From an uncultured Alphaproteobacteria bacterium (GTDB lineage: Bacteria; Pseudomonadota; Alphaproteobacteria; Micropepsales; Micropepsaceae), in contig CAVZBS010000006.1 in the NCBI GenBank assembly GCA_963773575.1, positions 68,905 through 132,904 on the forward strand: 64,000 nt of DNA, in the 5' to 3' direction. The translations under genes were made by a program, and so were the position numbers. The notes beneath the pieces were generated by a model. It did no database searches and was not told the origin of the DNA. It was given only the letters and a program-made list of their open reading frames with translations. Shown here in pieces: positions 22,566 to 33,308 of the stretch. The first letter of the stretch is position 1, and every line of letters starts with the position of its first letter.

Positions 22566-23504
22566 ATGCGCATCGGCATATCCGCAGCCATTGGCGCGGC
22601 GCTTGCGATTTCGTGCGTCCTTCCCGCACAGGCCATCTCGATCGGCGAGAAGACGGCCGAGAAACAGACCGAAATTCCCACCTGCTCCCACAAAATCGGC
22701 ACCCTGGCGGTGCGCGAACCGCAAAACCGCTGGTGGGAGGGGCTGGGTCTGGAATTGCCCGAGGCCTTGCTCAAGGTCTTTGTGATGAAGTCCGGCTGCT
22801 TCACCCTGGTCGATCGCGGCAAAGGATTCCAGATGGCGCAGGAAGAGCGGGCCCTGGCCGCCGGCGGCGCGTTGCAGCAAGGCTCCAATGTCGGCCTGGG
22901 CCAGGTGAAGGCGGCCGACTATATTCTGGTGCCTGACATCGTTTCCAAGAACGGCAACGCCAGCGGCACCAATATCGGCGGCATATTGGGCGGGTTTATC
23001 GGCGGCGGCGTCGGCGCGCTGGTCTCCGGTATCAACATTTCCTCCAAGACCGCCGACGTGGTGTTGACCGTCACCAATGTCCGCACCTCCGAGCAGCAGG
23101 CGATGGAGGAAGGCCATGGCTCCAAGACCGATCTGGGCATCGGATTTGGCGCCGGTTGGGGCGGCTGGGGCGGCTTTGGCGGCGCCGGCATCTCCAATTA
23201 TCAGAATACCGAAATCGGCCAGGTCGTGGTCCTGGCCTATATCGACGCCTATACCAAACTGGTGGGTGATCTGGGCGGATTGGCGCCGCAGGCCTCGGCG
23301 GCCGCGCCAACCCAGGCGGTCACCATGCAGCGTCCCGGACGCCTCTACACCTCCGCGTCCGAGAAATCCAAGGTGGTGCGGCCGCTGGATGCCGGCATGA
23401 TGCTCTATCCGACCGGCAACAAGGACGGGGTCTGGTGGGAAGTGAAGGACGAACTCGGCAATGAGGGTTGGGTTTCTTCCCTGAGCCTGGCCTTGGCAAA
23501 GTGA
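22566..23504 (+). CDS. Secreted CsgG/HfaB-like protein with C-terminal SH3-like domain
   Basis: Signal peptide, SGCFTLVDRG..ERALA, AADYILVPDI, Gly-rich segment, WWEVKDELGNEGWVS. Confidence 0.7.
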   Translation: MRIGISAAIGAALAISCVLPAQAISIGEKTAEKQTEIPTCSHKIGTLAVREPQNRWWEGLGLELPEALLKVFVMKSGCFTLVDRGKGFQMAQEERALAAGGALQQGSNVGLGQVKAADYILVPDIVSKNGNASGTNIGGILGGFIGGGVGALVSGINISSKTADVVLTVTNVRTSEQQAMEEGHGSKTDLGIGFGAGWGGWGGFGGAGISNYQNTEIGQVVVLAYIDAYTKLVGDLGGLAPQASAAAPTQAVTMQRPGRLYTSASEKSKVVRPLDAGMMLYPTGNKDGVWWEVKDELGNEGWVSSLSLALAK

Positions 23505-23640
23505 GGTCATGATCGCCGCGTCAAAGCGCGGCGATGGATTGATCCGGTGGATCAATCCAAATGACTGAACGCCCGAGGCTTGAGCCGAGGGCAGCGGCAA
23601 TGCCGCCGTCATCGCTTGGCCGCGGGCAGCTAGGGGCTGC
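23500..23640. repeat. Intergenic multi-hairpin element
   Basis: ATCGCCGCG/CGCGGCGAT and GGATTGATCC-GGT-GGATCAATCC enclosed by GTCAT/ATGAC; further stems downstream. Confidence 0.75.
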
Positions 23641-23684
23641 AACTGGGTCTGCGAGGCGCGGGCCGCGTCAGCGACAGCCCTGCA

Positions 23685-24636
23685 TCAAAGATTTCTGCCC
23701 ATGGCCATGAACTTCTCGCGCCGCGCCCGCAGCAACTGCTCGCCGCTCTGCCCGTCCATCTCGGCCAGCCCGCGCGCGACCTGATCGCCGACGGCTTCGA
23801 TCGCCGCCGCCGGCGCGCGATGGGCGCCGCCTTCCGGTTCCGGTATCACCGCATCGATCAGCTTGAGTTGCAGCAGATCCTGGGCGGTGATCTTGAGCGC
23901 GGTGGCCGCATCCTGCGCCTTGTCGGCGGAGCGCCACAGGATCGACGAGGCGCCTTCCGGCGAAATCACCGAATAAATCGCATGCTCCAGCATATAGACC
24001 CGGTTGGCGGCGGCGATGGCGATGGCGCCGCCCGACATGCCTTCGCCGATGATGGTGGCGATGAAGGGCGCTTTCAGCGACAGGCCGGCCTCGATGGAGC
24101 GCGCGATCGCTTCCGCCTGGCCGCGTTCCTCGGCGCTGACGCCGGGATAGGCGCCGGAGGTGTCGCAGAAGGACAGCACCGGCAGGCCGAAATGGTCGGC
24201 GAGCTCGAACAGCCGGACCGCCTTGCGATAGCCTTCCGGCATTGCCATGCCGAAATTGTGCTGCAGCCTGGTCTTGGTGTCGTTGCCTTTTTCCTGCCCC
24301 AGAAAAGCGACCGGCCGGCCGCGAAACCGGGCCAGGCCCGCGATCACCGCCTGATCCTCGCCGAAGGCGCGGTCGCCCGCCAGCGGCGTCAACTCTTCGA
24401 ACAGCCGCTGGGCGTAATCCAGGAAATGCGGCCGTTCCGGATGCCGCGCCACCTGCACCTTCTGCCAGGGCGTGAGCTGGGCATAGGCATCGCGCATCAA
24501 CTGCCTCGGCGCGGGCGGCAAGCCGCGCCACATCGCCGTCGATATCGGCGTTCGGATCTTCTTCGGCGAGCTTGCGAAGCTCGACGATCTTGCCTTCCAA
24601 TTCGGCAATGGGGCGTTCGAAATCCAGATATTGCAT
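23685..24636 (-). CDS. accA: Acetyl-CoA carboxylase carboxyltransferase alpha (frameshift near 24510)
   Basis: YLDFERPI, ARHPERP, AEERGQAEAIA, YSVISPEG. Confidence 0.95.
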
Positions 24637-24728
24637 GCGACTCTGGGATGGGGACGGCCGGAAAATGCCATAGACAGCCCGGAAAGTAACCCCCTGGAAA
24701 ATCCCGGGAATAAGCCGGTTTTCTTAGC

Positions 24729-25664
24729 CTATCCGGCGGTTCCGCGCGGCTTACGCCCCTTGGCCAGGGGATGCGCCTTCTGCATCACCTTCTTGAGATG
24801 GTCCTTGGCGACATGGGTGTAGATCTCGGTGGTGGCGATGTCGGCATGGCCCAGCAAGGTCTGCACCGAGCGCAGGTCCGCGCCGCCTTCGACCAGATGG
24901 GTGGCAAAGGCATGGCGCAGGACATGAGGCGAAACCTTGGCGGGATCGAGCCCCGCCTTCACCGCCAGGCCCTTCAGCAACTGATGCAGGCGCTGGCGGG
25001 TAAGAAATCCCTCCGCCGCCCGGGAGCAGAAGAGATAGCGCTCGGCATGCGCCCGGCGCGGCCCCTTGGGCAGGAACTGCGCCCGCACCGCGAGATAGGC
25101 CTGAATGGCGTCGCGCGCGCTGGGGTTCAGCGGCGCCAGCCTTTCCTTGCCGCCCTTGCCTTTGACCAGGATGAAACCATCCTTGTTCTTTACCGCCGCC
25201 AATGGCAGGCCGGCCAGCTCCGACACGCGCAGGCCCGCCGCATAGAGCATCTCCACAATGCAGACCAGCCGTTTGGCGTCGGCGCCGTCACCCTCGCCCG
25301 CCGCTCCGATCATCGCCTCCAGATCGGAGGCTGACAAAATTTTGGGCAAAGGCCGCGCCGCGCGGGGCGAGTCCACCGCCTCGGTCGGATTGTCCTTGCG
25401 GATATCCTCCGCATAAAGAAAACCATAGAATTGACGCAAGGCCGACAGCCGCCGCGCCTGGGAGGATGGCGCCAGACCTCGGGCCGACAACCGGGCCAGA
25501 TAGGCGCGGATATCGTCCCGGCTGGCGGCGGCAAGTCCGGCTTTCGGGACGCCGGCGAAATCGGCCAGATCGCGGGCATAGGCGGCCAAGGTGTTGGCGC
25601 CGGCGCCCCGCTCGGCGCTCATCATCTCCAGAAAAGCCTCGATCAGGCCGCTTCGCGGACTCAT
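24729..25664 (-). CDS. xerD: Tyrosine recombinase XerD
   Basis: GLRVSEL, GKGGKER, HVLRHAFATH, LGHADIATTEIY; usual accA/aroK neighbourhood. Confidence 0.92.
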   Translation of the reverse strand: MSPRSGLIEAFLEMMSAERGAGANTLAAYARDLADFAGVPKAGLAAASRDDIRAYLARLSARGLAPSSQARRLSALRQFYGFLYAEDIRKDNPTEAVDSPRAARPLPKILSASDLEAMIGAAGEGDGADAKRLVCIVEMLYAAGLRVSELAGLPLAAVKNKDGFILVKGKGGKERLAPLNPSARDAIQAYLAVRAQFLPKGPRRAHAERYLFCSRAAEGFLTRQRLHQLLKGLAVKAGLDPAKVSPHVLRHAFATHLVEGGADLRSVQTLLGHADIATTEIYTHVAKDHLKKVMQKAHPLAKGRKPRGTAG

Positions 25665-25732
25665 GGCGCCTGCTTTAGCATTTTTCCGGGCCATGCTTCG
25701 CTCCTATCGCGCTTTCGTGTATGCGGAACGCC

Positions 25733-26266
25733 ATGACGCTCAACCGCACCGTGGCGCTGGTGGGAATGATGGGAGCCGGCAAGACCTCTGTCGGCCGCCG
25801 CCTGGCCGCGCGGCTGGATGTGCCTTTTCGCGACGCCGATCACGAGATCGAGGCCGCGGCCGGCATGAGCGTGGCGGAGATATTCGAACGCTTCGGCGAG
25901 CCTTATTTCCGCGACGGCGAGCGCAAGGTGATCGCCCGCCTGCTGCAGGAGCCGCCGCATGTGCTGGCGACCGGCGGCGGCGCCTTCATGGATGACGCCA
26001 CCCGCGCGGCCATGACGCGCGCGGCCTTCATCATCTGGCTGAAAGCGCCGGTGGGATTGCTGTTGTCGCGGGTCCGAAAGCGCGAAACCAGGCCCCTGCT
26101 GAAAAATGGCGATCTGCGCGCGACCATGGAGCGGTTGCTGGCCATGCGCGAACCGGTCTATGCCACCGCCGACATGGTGCTGGAAAGCGCCGACGAGCCG
26201 CATGGCGCGGCGGTGGAGCGGATTCTGGCGGTTCTGCGGCAGAACCGGCTGTGCGAGGACGCATGA
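25733..26266 (+). CDS. aroK: Shikimate kinase
   Basis: GMMGAGKT, ATGGG, RPLL. Confidence 0.95.
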   Translation: MTLNRTVALVGMMGAGKTSVGRRLAARLDVPFRDADHEIEAAAGMSVAEIFERFGEPYFRDGERKVIARLLQEPPHVLATGGGAFMDDATRAAMTRAAFIIWLKAPVGLLLSRVRKRETRPLLKNGDLRATMERLLAMREPVYATADMVLESADEPHGAAVERILAVLRQNRLCEDA

Positions 26267-26276
26267 GTGACGTGAC

Positions 26277-27371
26277 ATGAATGATGTAATCAGGGTGGAA
26301 CTGGGCCGGCGCGGCTACGACATCCATGTCGGTTACGGGCTTCTGGAACAGGCGGGCCAATTGCTGAAGCCGCTGGCGCGCGGACCGGTGCCGGTGGTGA
26401 CCGACACCATGGTCGGCGAGATCCACCTGGCGGGTTTCCTGGATGTCTGCGGCAAGGCCGGCCTGGACGTGCGGCCGGTGGTGATGCCCGCCGGCGAAGG
26501 CTCGAAAAGCTTCGCCGGCCTGGAGCAATTGTGCGGCGAATTGCTGGATCTGGGCGTGGACCGGAGCGGCTTGATCGTGGCCCTGGGCGGCGGGGTGATC
26601 GGCGATCTCGCCGGCTTTGCCGCCGGCGTGTTGAAGCGCGGCGTCGATTTCGTCCAGATCCCGACCACGCTTCTGGCCCAGGTGGATTCCTCGGTGGGCG
26701 GCAAGACCGCGATCAATGCGCCGCAAGGCAAGAATCTGATCGGGTTGTTTCATCAGCCCCGGATGGTGATCGCCGACACCGCTCTTTTGGCCACCCTGCC
26801 CCGGCGCGAGCTTCTGGCCGGCTATGCCGAAATGGTCAAATATGGCGCTCTGGGCGATGCCCAATTCTTCGCCTGGCTGGAACAGAACGGCGCCAAGGCG
26901 CTTTCGGGCGACAGCCACGCGATCATCCACGCCGTCGCCCATTCCTGCCGGATGAAGGCGGATATCGTCGCCCGCGACGAACGGGAATCCGGCCTGCGGG
27001 CCTTGCTCAATCTGGGCCACACTTTCGGTCACGCCCTGGAGGCGGTGACGGGATTTTCCGACCGCCTGATCCATGGCGAGGGCGTCGCCATCGGCATGGC
27101 GCTGGCTTTCCGGCTTTCGGTGCAAATGGACCTTTGCCCTGCCGAGGACGCCGAGCGGTTGGTTCGCCACCTGAAATTGGTGGGATTGCCGTCCGCGATC
27201 GCCGACATTCCCGGTCCCAGGCCCGCGCCGGAAGCCCTGATCGCCGCCATGGGCCATGACAAGAAAGCCAAGCATGGCCGGCTGACTTTCATTCTGGCGC
27301 GGGGGCTGGGACGGGCCTTCGTCACCACCGAAGTGCCCATGGATAGGCTGGACATTGTTCTGAGCGCCTGA
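26277..27371 (+). CDS. aroB: 3-dehydroquinate synthase
   Basis: GGGVIGD, PTTLLAQVDSSVGGKT, NLGHTFGHA. Confidence 0.96.
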   Translation: MNDVIRVELGRRGYDIHVGYGLLEQAGQLLKPLARGPVPVVTDTMVGEIHLAGFLDVCGKAGLDVRPVVMPAGEGSKSFAGLEQLCGELLDLGVDRSGLIVALGGGVIGDLAGFAAGVLKRGVDFVQIPTTLLAQVDSSVGGKTAINAPQGKNLIGLFHQPRMVIADTALLATLPRRELLAGYAEMVKYGALGDAQFFAWLEQNGAKALSGDSHAIIHAVAHSCRMKADIVARDERESGLRALLNLGHTFGHALEAVTGFSDRLIHGEGVAIGMALAFRLSVQMDLCPAEDAERLVRHLKLVGLPSAIADIPGPRPAPEALIAAMGHDKKAKHGRLTFILARGLGRAFVTTEVPMDRLDIVLSA

Positions 27372-27410
27372 AAGCTGGCATTCTGCTCCGGTTCATCAGG
27401 ATGGAAGATC

Positions 27411-28695
27411 ATGCTTGTTTTCATGTTCGGCACTATCGCGCTGCTGCTCGCGGTTTCTGCCTTTCTGTCGGGTTCGGAAACCGCGCTCACCGCCGTCAGC
27501 CGCGGGCGCATGCATCAGCTGGAGAAGGACGGCAACCGGGCCGCCTTCTATGTCAACCGCCTGGTTTCAAACCGCGAAAGGATGATCGGCGCCCTGCTTC
27601 TGGGAAACACTTTTCTCAATATCCTGGCGTCTTCCCTGGCGACCTGGATCCTGGAGGAACGGCTGGGGCCGCGGGCGGTGGCGGTGACCACCGCGGTCCT
27701 GACCATCACCATCCTGGTTTTCGCGGAAGTCCTGCCCAAGACGCTGGCCATCGCCCGCACCGACCGCTTCGCGCTCACGGTGGCGGCGCCGCTGCGCCAT
27801 GTGGTGAATTTTTTGGCCCCGATCGTCGGCGCCGTGCAATGGCTGGTCTGGCGGCTGCTGTTTCTGTTCGGGGTGCGTCCGCAACGGGAGGAGACCACCG
27901 AGGCCGCGCATGACGAGATCAGGGGCGCGGTCGCGCTGCATCACAAGGAAGGCAGTGTCGAGCGCGAGCATCGCGACATGATCGGCGCCATCCTCGACAT
28001 GCAGGAATTGACCGTCGCGGATGTGATGATGCACCGGACCCATATGATATCGGTGGATGCCGACCTGCCGGCGCCCGAGATTGTCGCCCATGTGGTCGAA
28101 AGCCAGCACACCAGGGTGCCGCTATGGCGGGGCGAGCCGGAGAACATCATCGGGGTGCTGCACACCAAGCATCTCGCCCTGGCGCTGGTCGAGCACAGGG
28201 GCGATCTCACCGCCATCGATCTGGTGGGTCTGGCATCGCCGCCCTGGTTCGTGCCCGAGACCACCACGCTCGAGGAACAGATCGCCGCCTTTCGCCGCCA
28301 GCGCACCCATTTCGCGCTGGTGGTGGACGAGTATGGCGCGATCCAGGGGTTGGTCACCCTGGAAGACATATCTGGGCGAAGTGTTCGGCGAATTGCCCGA
28401 CGAGCATCAGCCGCCGGAAAGGCCGGACGTTCGCCGCCGGCCGGACGGCTCCTATCTGATCGACGGCGCCGTGCCCGTCCGCGATCTCAATCGCGAGTTG
28501 GACTGGAATCTGCCGGATGAGGGACCGGTCACCATCGCCGGCCTGGTGATCCAGGAAGCCCAGACCATCCCCGAACCCGGCCAGCGCTTTGCCTTTTTCG
28601 GCTACAAATTCGAAGTCTTGCGGCGGCAGAGAAACCAGATCACGGCCCTGAAAGTCACGCCCCCGGCCAAGGGTGAGGTATTTCCGGCCGGGTAG
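27411..28695 (+). CDS. HlyC/CorC (CNNM-CBS) family transporter (frameshift near 28372)
   Basis: SGSETA, AEVLPK, CBS pair, VDEYG, CorC domain. Confidence 0.88.
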
Positions 28696-28753
28696 CGGCG
28701 CTGACGCGCCTGAAAGCGGTTTCCCGATGCGGTACGAGGATGAATACCGGCCG

Positions 28754-29044
28754 CTAATGCGATGCGGTTTCAGCCGGCGACAGCGCGGTCAGGGACAGGG
28801 CATGAACCCGGTCCGACAATTCCTGGGCCAGAACATCGTAAACGCGGCGTTGGCGTTCGACCCGGGACAGGCCGGCAAATTTTTCCGACACGATGCGGAC
28901 CGTGAAATGGGTTTCGCCCTGGCTGCCATCGTCGCGGGTGGCGCCGGAATGGCCGGCATGCTGCGCACTGTCATCCTGGATGACAAGCATGCTGGGCTTG
29001 AATTCCGCGGTGAGTTTGTCGCGGATGGCATCGGCAACGCGCAT
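28754..29044 (-). CDS. bolA: BolA family protein
   Basis: HAGH, ETHF, F.GLSRVERQR, VHAL. Confidence 0.9.
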   Translation of the reverse strand: MRVADAIRDKLTAEFKPSMLVIQDDSAQHAGHSGATRDDGSQGETHFTVRIVSEKFAGLSRVERQRRVYDVLAQELSDRVHALSLTALSPAETASH

Positions 29045-29092
29045 GGCCGGGACGGAGCGCTGCCCAAGCGGCAAAGTCAAGCAATACCTTTT

Positions 29093-29120
29093 CTTGTCTT
29101 TTACCCTTTGCCACCCATAA
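29093..29120 (+). promoter_or_regulatory. Possible RpoH-type promoter for the J-domain/cobST operon
   Basis: CTTG-N17-CCCATAA just upstream of ATG 29128. Confidence 0.4.
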
Positions 29121-29127
29121 TTAATCC

Positions 29128-29727
29128 ATGACTTAGGCCCGTTCGCGCTTCAAAAGCGACATCCGCATCAAGAAGGACCCGCCAAAGCCGGTGGTCAAAA
29201 GCGGGGTGCGGGCCTGCGCGGTCAAGAATTGCACGGAGCCGGCCGAATGCCGGGTGCCGAAATCGCGGGAAAATCTTTCCGAATATCTGTTCGTCTGCAC
29301 CGCCCATGCCCGCGCCCACAACGAGGCCTGGGACTATTTCAAGGGCATGGGCGACGGCGACATCGAGCGGTTCCGCGAAGAGGCCCTGTTCGGCCATCGG
29401 CCGACCTGGCCGATGGGCAAGCGCACCGCCCGCGCCCGCGCCGGCCAGGGGCCTGTGCATTTTCATGACGGCTATGCGGTATTTGGCGAGGAGGACGAAA
29501 CCGGCCAACCCCGCCGACCCGAACGGCAATTGACCCGGCTGCAGGTCATGGCGATGGACACGCTCCAGCTGGCCCATAACGCCACCTTGAACGAGATCAA
29601 GGCGCGGTATAAGGAACTCGTGAAACGGTTCCATCCCGACGCGAATGGCGGCGACCGGGGCGCCGAAGAGCGTCTGAAGCAGGTGATCAAGGCGTATGGC
29701 GTTTTGCGCGCCTCCGGTCTGGCCTGA
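29128..29727 (+). CDS. J-domain protein (in-frame TAG at codon 3 as sequenced)
   Basis: C..H...HN..WDYF, HRPTW, C-terminal HPD J-domain; upstream of cobS. Confidence 0.85.
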
Positions 29728-29777
29728 CCGGTTTGCCCCGTCGTCGCGGCCGGGCGGAACCTATCCGGAAGAAAGAG

Positions 29778-30770
29778 ATGAGCATCCCCGATATCGGTCT
29801 TGATCCCGCGGCTGAGCCGGACATCACCATCAATGCGGCCGAACTGTTCGGTATCCAGACCAATATGCGGGTGCCGGCCTTCAGCAAGCCCAACGACTAT
29901 GTGCCCGACCGCGACGACGCCTACCGCTTCGACCGCGAAACCACGCTGGCCATCCTGGCCGGCTTCGCCTTCAACCGCCGGGTGATGATTCAGGGCTATC
30001 ACGGCACCGGCAAATCCACCCATATCGAGCAGGTGGCATCCCGCCTCAACTGGCCCTGCATCCGGATCAATCTCGACAGCCATATCAGCCGCATCGACCT
30101 GATCGGCAAGGATGCCATCGTGCTCAAGGACGGCCAGCAGGTCACCGAATTCCGCGAAGGATTGCTGCCCTGGGCGCTGCAGCGGCCGGTGGCCCTGGTG
30201 TTCGACGAATATGACGCCGGCCGGCCGGATGTGATGTTCGTGATCCAGCGGGTGCTGGAGGTGCAAGGCAAGCTTACTTTGCTGGACCAGAACAAGGTGA
30301 TCCGGCCGCATCCGGCGTTCCGGCTGTTCTCGACCACCAACACCATCGGTCTGGGCGACACCACCGGCCTTTATCACGGCACCCAGCAGATCAATCAGGG
30401 CCAGATGGACCGCTGGAGCATCGTCACCACCCTCAACTATCTCAGCCATGATGCCGAGGCCGAGATCGTGCTGGCGAAATCGCCTTCCTACAACAGCCCG
30501 GAAGGCAAGACGACCATCGCCGCCATGGTGCGGGTGGCCGACATGACCCGCAACGCCTTCATCAATGGCGATCTTTCCACGGTGATGAGCCCGCGCACGG
30601 TGATGACCTGGGCTGAGAATGCGGAAATTTTCGGCGATATCGGCTTCGCTTTCCGGCTCACCTTCCTCAACAAATGCGACGAGCTGGAACGCGCCAGCGT
30701 GGCGGAATTCTATCAGCGCGCCTTCGGCAAGGAATTGCCGGAAAGCGCCGCCAAAGTGCTGGTGGCGTGA
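29778..30770 (+). CDS. cobS: Cobaltochelatase subunit CobS
   Basis: [32 protein letters not shown]. Confidence 0.95.
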   Translation: MSIPDIGLDPAAEPDITINAAELFGIQTNMRVPAFSKPNDYVPDRDDAYRFDRETTLAILAGFAFNRRVMIQGYHGTGKSTHIEQVASRLNWPCIRINLDSHISRIDLIGKDAIVLKDGQQVTEFREGLLPWALQRPVALVFDEYDAGRPDVMFVIQRVLEVQGKLTLLDQNKVIRPHPAFRLFSTTNTIGLGDTTGLYHGTQQINQGQMDRWSIVTTLNYLSHDAEAEIVLAKSPSYNSPEGKTTIAAMVRVADMTRNAFINGDLSTVMSPRTVMTWAENAEIFGDIGFAFRLTFLNKCDELERASVAEFYQRAFGKELPESAAKVLVA

Positions 30771-30773
30771 GCG

Positions 30774-31005
30774 GAGCATCGGCCAGAAAAAGTGTGAAGC
30801 GTCCGCAGGACGCGGAACGGCTTTTCGTCCGGCTCCGCGACCAAAAAAATGAGAGAGCATCGGCCAGAAAAAGTGTGAAGCGTCCGCAGGACGCGGAACG
30901 GCTTTTCGTCCGGCTCCGCGACCAAAAAACAGAAAGCGCATCGGCCAGAAAAAGTGTGAAGCGTCCGCAGGACGCGGAACGGTTTTTCGCCCGGCCCCGC
31001 GACCA
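30774..31005 (+). repeat. Three tandem 81-bp palindromic units
   Basis: Units at 30774, 30855 and 30936: GCATCGGCCAGAAAAAGTGTGAAGCGTCCGCAGGACGCGGAACGG...CGCGACCA. Confidence 0.95.
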
Positions 31006-31008
31006 TAG

Positions 31009-32841
31009 ATGAAACCTGAAAGCCCTTCCGAACCCTTCAAGCGGGCGGTGGCCACCGCGGTGCGGTCGCTGGCGGGCGAGCCGGAGCTGGAAGTGAATTT
31101 CTCCTCCGAGCCGCCCAGCCTGAAGGGCCTGAAGGCGCGCCTGCCCGCGCCCACCCGCGCGCTGCCGCCACACGAAGTGGCGTTTGTGCGCGGCACCGGC
31201 GACGCCTATGCCCTGAGGCGGGCCTATCACGACGAAAAGGTTCATGCCCGGTTTCGTCCCGCCGGCGCCGACAGCGGCGCGGTTTTCGACGCCGCCGAAC
31301 AGGCCCGGGTCGAAGCCATCGGCGCTCAGGCGATGGAGGGCGTGCGGCAGAACCTGGCCGCCCAGCTGGAACAGCGGCTGATCGCCAAGGGCTTGACCCG
31401 CGCCGCCAGCCGGGAGGAGGCGCCGCTGGCCGATGTGATGGCGCTTCTGATGCGCGAGCGCATGACCGGCGAGATACCTCCCGCTTCGCTGCGCAAGGCG
31501 GTGGATCTGTGGCGACCCTTCATCGAGGAACGGGCCGGCAAGGACCTCGCCAAGCTGGGAAATGTGATGCGCGACCAGAAGGCCTATGCCCGTCTGACCC
31601 GCCTCATTCTCCGCGATCTCACCCATGGCGAGGACGGCGAAAACTCGGGCGAGGACGAAAGCGAGACCTCACAGAACCAGAATCAGGACGGCGACCAGGA
31701 AGAAAGCCAAAGCCAGAGCGAGGCCGGCGAAGCCGAGTTCAGCGAGGAGCGCGGCGAGGAAGGCGAAGACGCCGAGGCCGAGATGGCCGGCGAACAATCC
31801 GAAGACCTGGCCGAGGGCGAACATCCCGAAGAGGGAAGCGAGCCCAATCGCGCCCAGCCGCCCTTCGGCCATTCCGAAAGCTGGGGCTACAAGATCTACA
31901 CCACCCAGTTCGATGAGGAGATTTCCGCCGCCGATCTCTGCGACGACGAGGAATTGACCCGGCTGCGCAATTTCCTGGACCAGCAACTGGCCCAGATGCA
32001 GGGGGTGGTGTCGCGGCTGGCCAACAAGCTCCAGCGCCTGCTTCTGGCCCAGCAGAACCGGCATTGGGAATTCGACCTGGAGGAAGGCCTGCTCGATACC
32101 TCCCGGCTCACCCGCATCATCATCGATCCCATGCACCCGCTTTCCTTCAAGCGGGAGAAGGACACCGATTTTCGCGACACGGTGGTGACCCTGCTGCTGG
32201 ACAATTCCGGTTCGATGCGCGGCCGTCCGATCATGGTGGCGGCGATGTGCGCCGATATTCTGGGCCGGACGCTGGAGCGCTGCGCGGTCAAGACCGAAAT
32301 ACTGGGCTTTACCACAAGAGCCTGGAAAGGCGGCCAGAGCCGGGAGAAATGGACCTTGGACGGCAAGCCGCCCAATCCCGGCCGGCTCAACGATCTGCGC
32401 CACATCGTCTACAAATCCGCCGACGAGCCCTGGCGGCGGGCGAAGAAGAATCTCGGCCTGATGATGCGCGAGGGATTGCTCAAGGAGAATATCGACGGCG
32501 AGGCGCTGATGTGGGCGCATAACCGGCTGATCGGCCGCCCCGAGCAGCGCAAGATCCTGATGGTGATCTCCGACGGCGCGCCGGTGGACGATTCGACCCT
32601 GTCGGTGAATGCCGGCAATTATCTGGAGCGGCATCTGCGCCGGGTGATCGAGGATATCGAGACCAGGTCCGGCGTCGAGCTCACCGCCATCGGCATCGGC
32701 CATGACGTGACCCGCTATTACAAGCGGGCGGTGACCATCGTGGACGCCGAACAACTTGGCGGGGCGATGACCACCCAACTGATCTCACTGTTCGAGGAAG
32801 ACCATGTCCGCGATCTCAGGGAGGCCCGCAAGCGGGCCTGA
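31009..32841 (+). CDS. cobT: Cobaltochelatase subunit CobT
   Basis: Acidic linker plus vWA domain ([20 protein letters not shown]). Confidence 0.95.
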   Translation: MKPESPSEPFKRAVATAVRSLAGEPELEVNFSSEPPSLKGLKARLPAPTRALPPHEVAFVRGTGDAYALRRAYHDEKVHARFRPAGADSGAVFDAAEQARVEAIGAQAMEGVRQNLAAQLEQRLIAKGLTRAASREEAPLADVMALLMRERMTGEIPPASLRKAVDLWRPFIEERAGKDLAKLGNVMRDQKAYARLTRLILRDLTHGEDGENSGEDESETSQNQNQDGDQEESQSQSEAGEAEFSEERGEEGEDAEAEMAGEQSEDLAEGEHPEEGSEPNRAQPPFGHSESWGYKIYTTQFDEEISAADLCDDEELTRLRNFLDQQLAQMQGVVSRLANKLQRLLLAQQNRHWEFDLEEGLLDTSRLTRIIIDPMHPLSFKREKDTDFRDTVVTLLLDNSGSMRGRPIMVAAMCADILGRTLERCAVKTEILGFTTRAWKGGQSREKWTLDGKPPNPGRLNDLRHIVYKSADEPWRRAKKNLGLMMREGLLKENIDGEALMWAHNRLIGRPEQRKILMVISDGAPVDDSTLSVNAGNYLERHLRRVIEDIETRSGVELTAIGIGHDVTRYYKRAVTIVDAEQLGGAMTTQLISLFEEDHVRDLREARKRA

Positions 32842-32866
32842 TCCCGGGAGAATGAGATCGGAATGC

Positions 32867-33160
32867 TTAAGCCGCTGCCTTGGCCGTCTTTTTGGCTATG
32901 GCGCGCTTCAGCCTCAGGGCCTTGGGCGACAGCAGGCCATCCTTGCTCTTGAGCAGGAAGGGATCCAGGCCGCCATTGCGGTCCACCGAGCGCAGCGCGT
33001 TCATGGAGATTTTGAGCTTATAGCTGTTGCCCAGGATTTCGCTGACCAGGGAAACGGTCTGCAGATTTGGGCGATAGATCCGCTTGGTCTTGTTGTTGGC
33101 ATGGCTGACATGGTGGCCGACAAGGGGGCCTTTTCCGGTCAGTTCGCAGCGGCGGGCCAT
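32867..33160 (-). CDS. rpmB: 50S ribosomal protein L28
   Basis: [27 protein letters not shown]. Confidence 0.96.
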   Translation of the reverse strand: MARRCELTGKGPLVGHHVSHANNKTKRIYRPNLQTVSLVSEILGNSYKLKISMNALRSVDRNGGLDPFLLKSKDGLLSPKALRLKRAIAKKTAKAAA

Positions 33161-33308
33161 GGCGGTGGTCTCTCTCAAAATCCTGGAATTTCGGCTCGGA
33201 AGCCGGGTCTCTTACGGAAAGAGCCCCGCCCGGTCAAGCAATTTGCCCCAGGCCTGGGAGAAACATTATACTTGCCAGTGGCTTAAAGTGGGAGCCGGTG
33301 GAGAGAGC

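Noticed and set aside
24729-25664. Tyrosine recombinase as an island integrase or mobiliser of the hairpin elements
   Set aside because: Sequence and accA/aroK context indicate housekeeping XerD; nothing links it to the repeats.
30774-31005. Possible CRISPR array
   Set aside because: The units are nearly identical over their full 81 bp, with no unique spacers and no cas genes.
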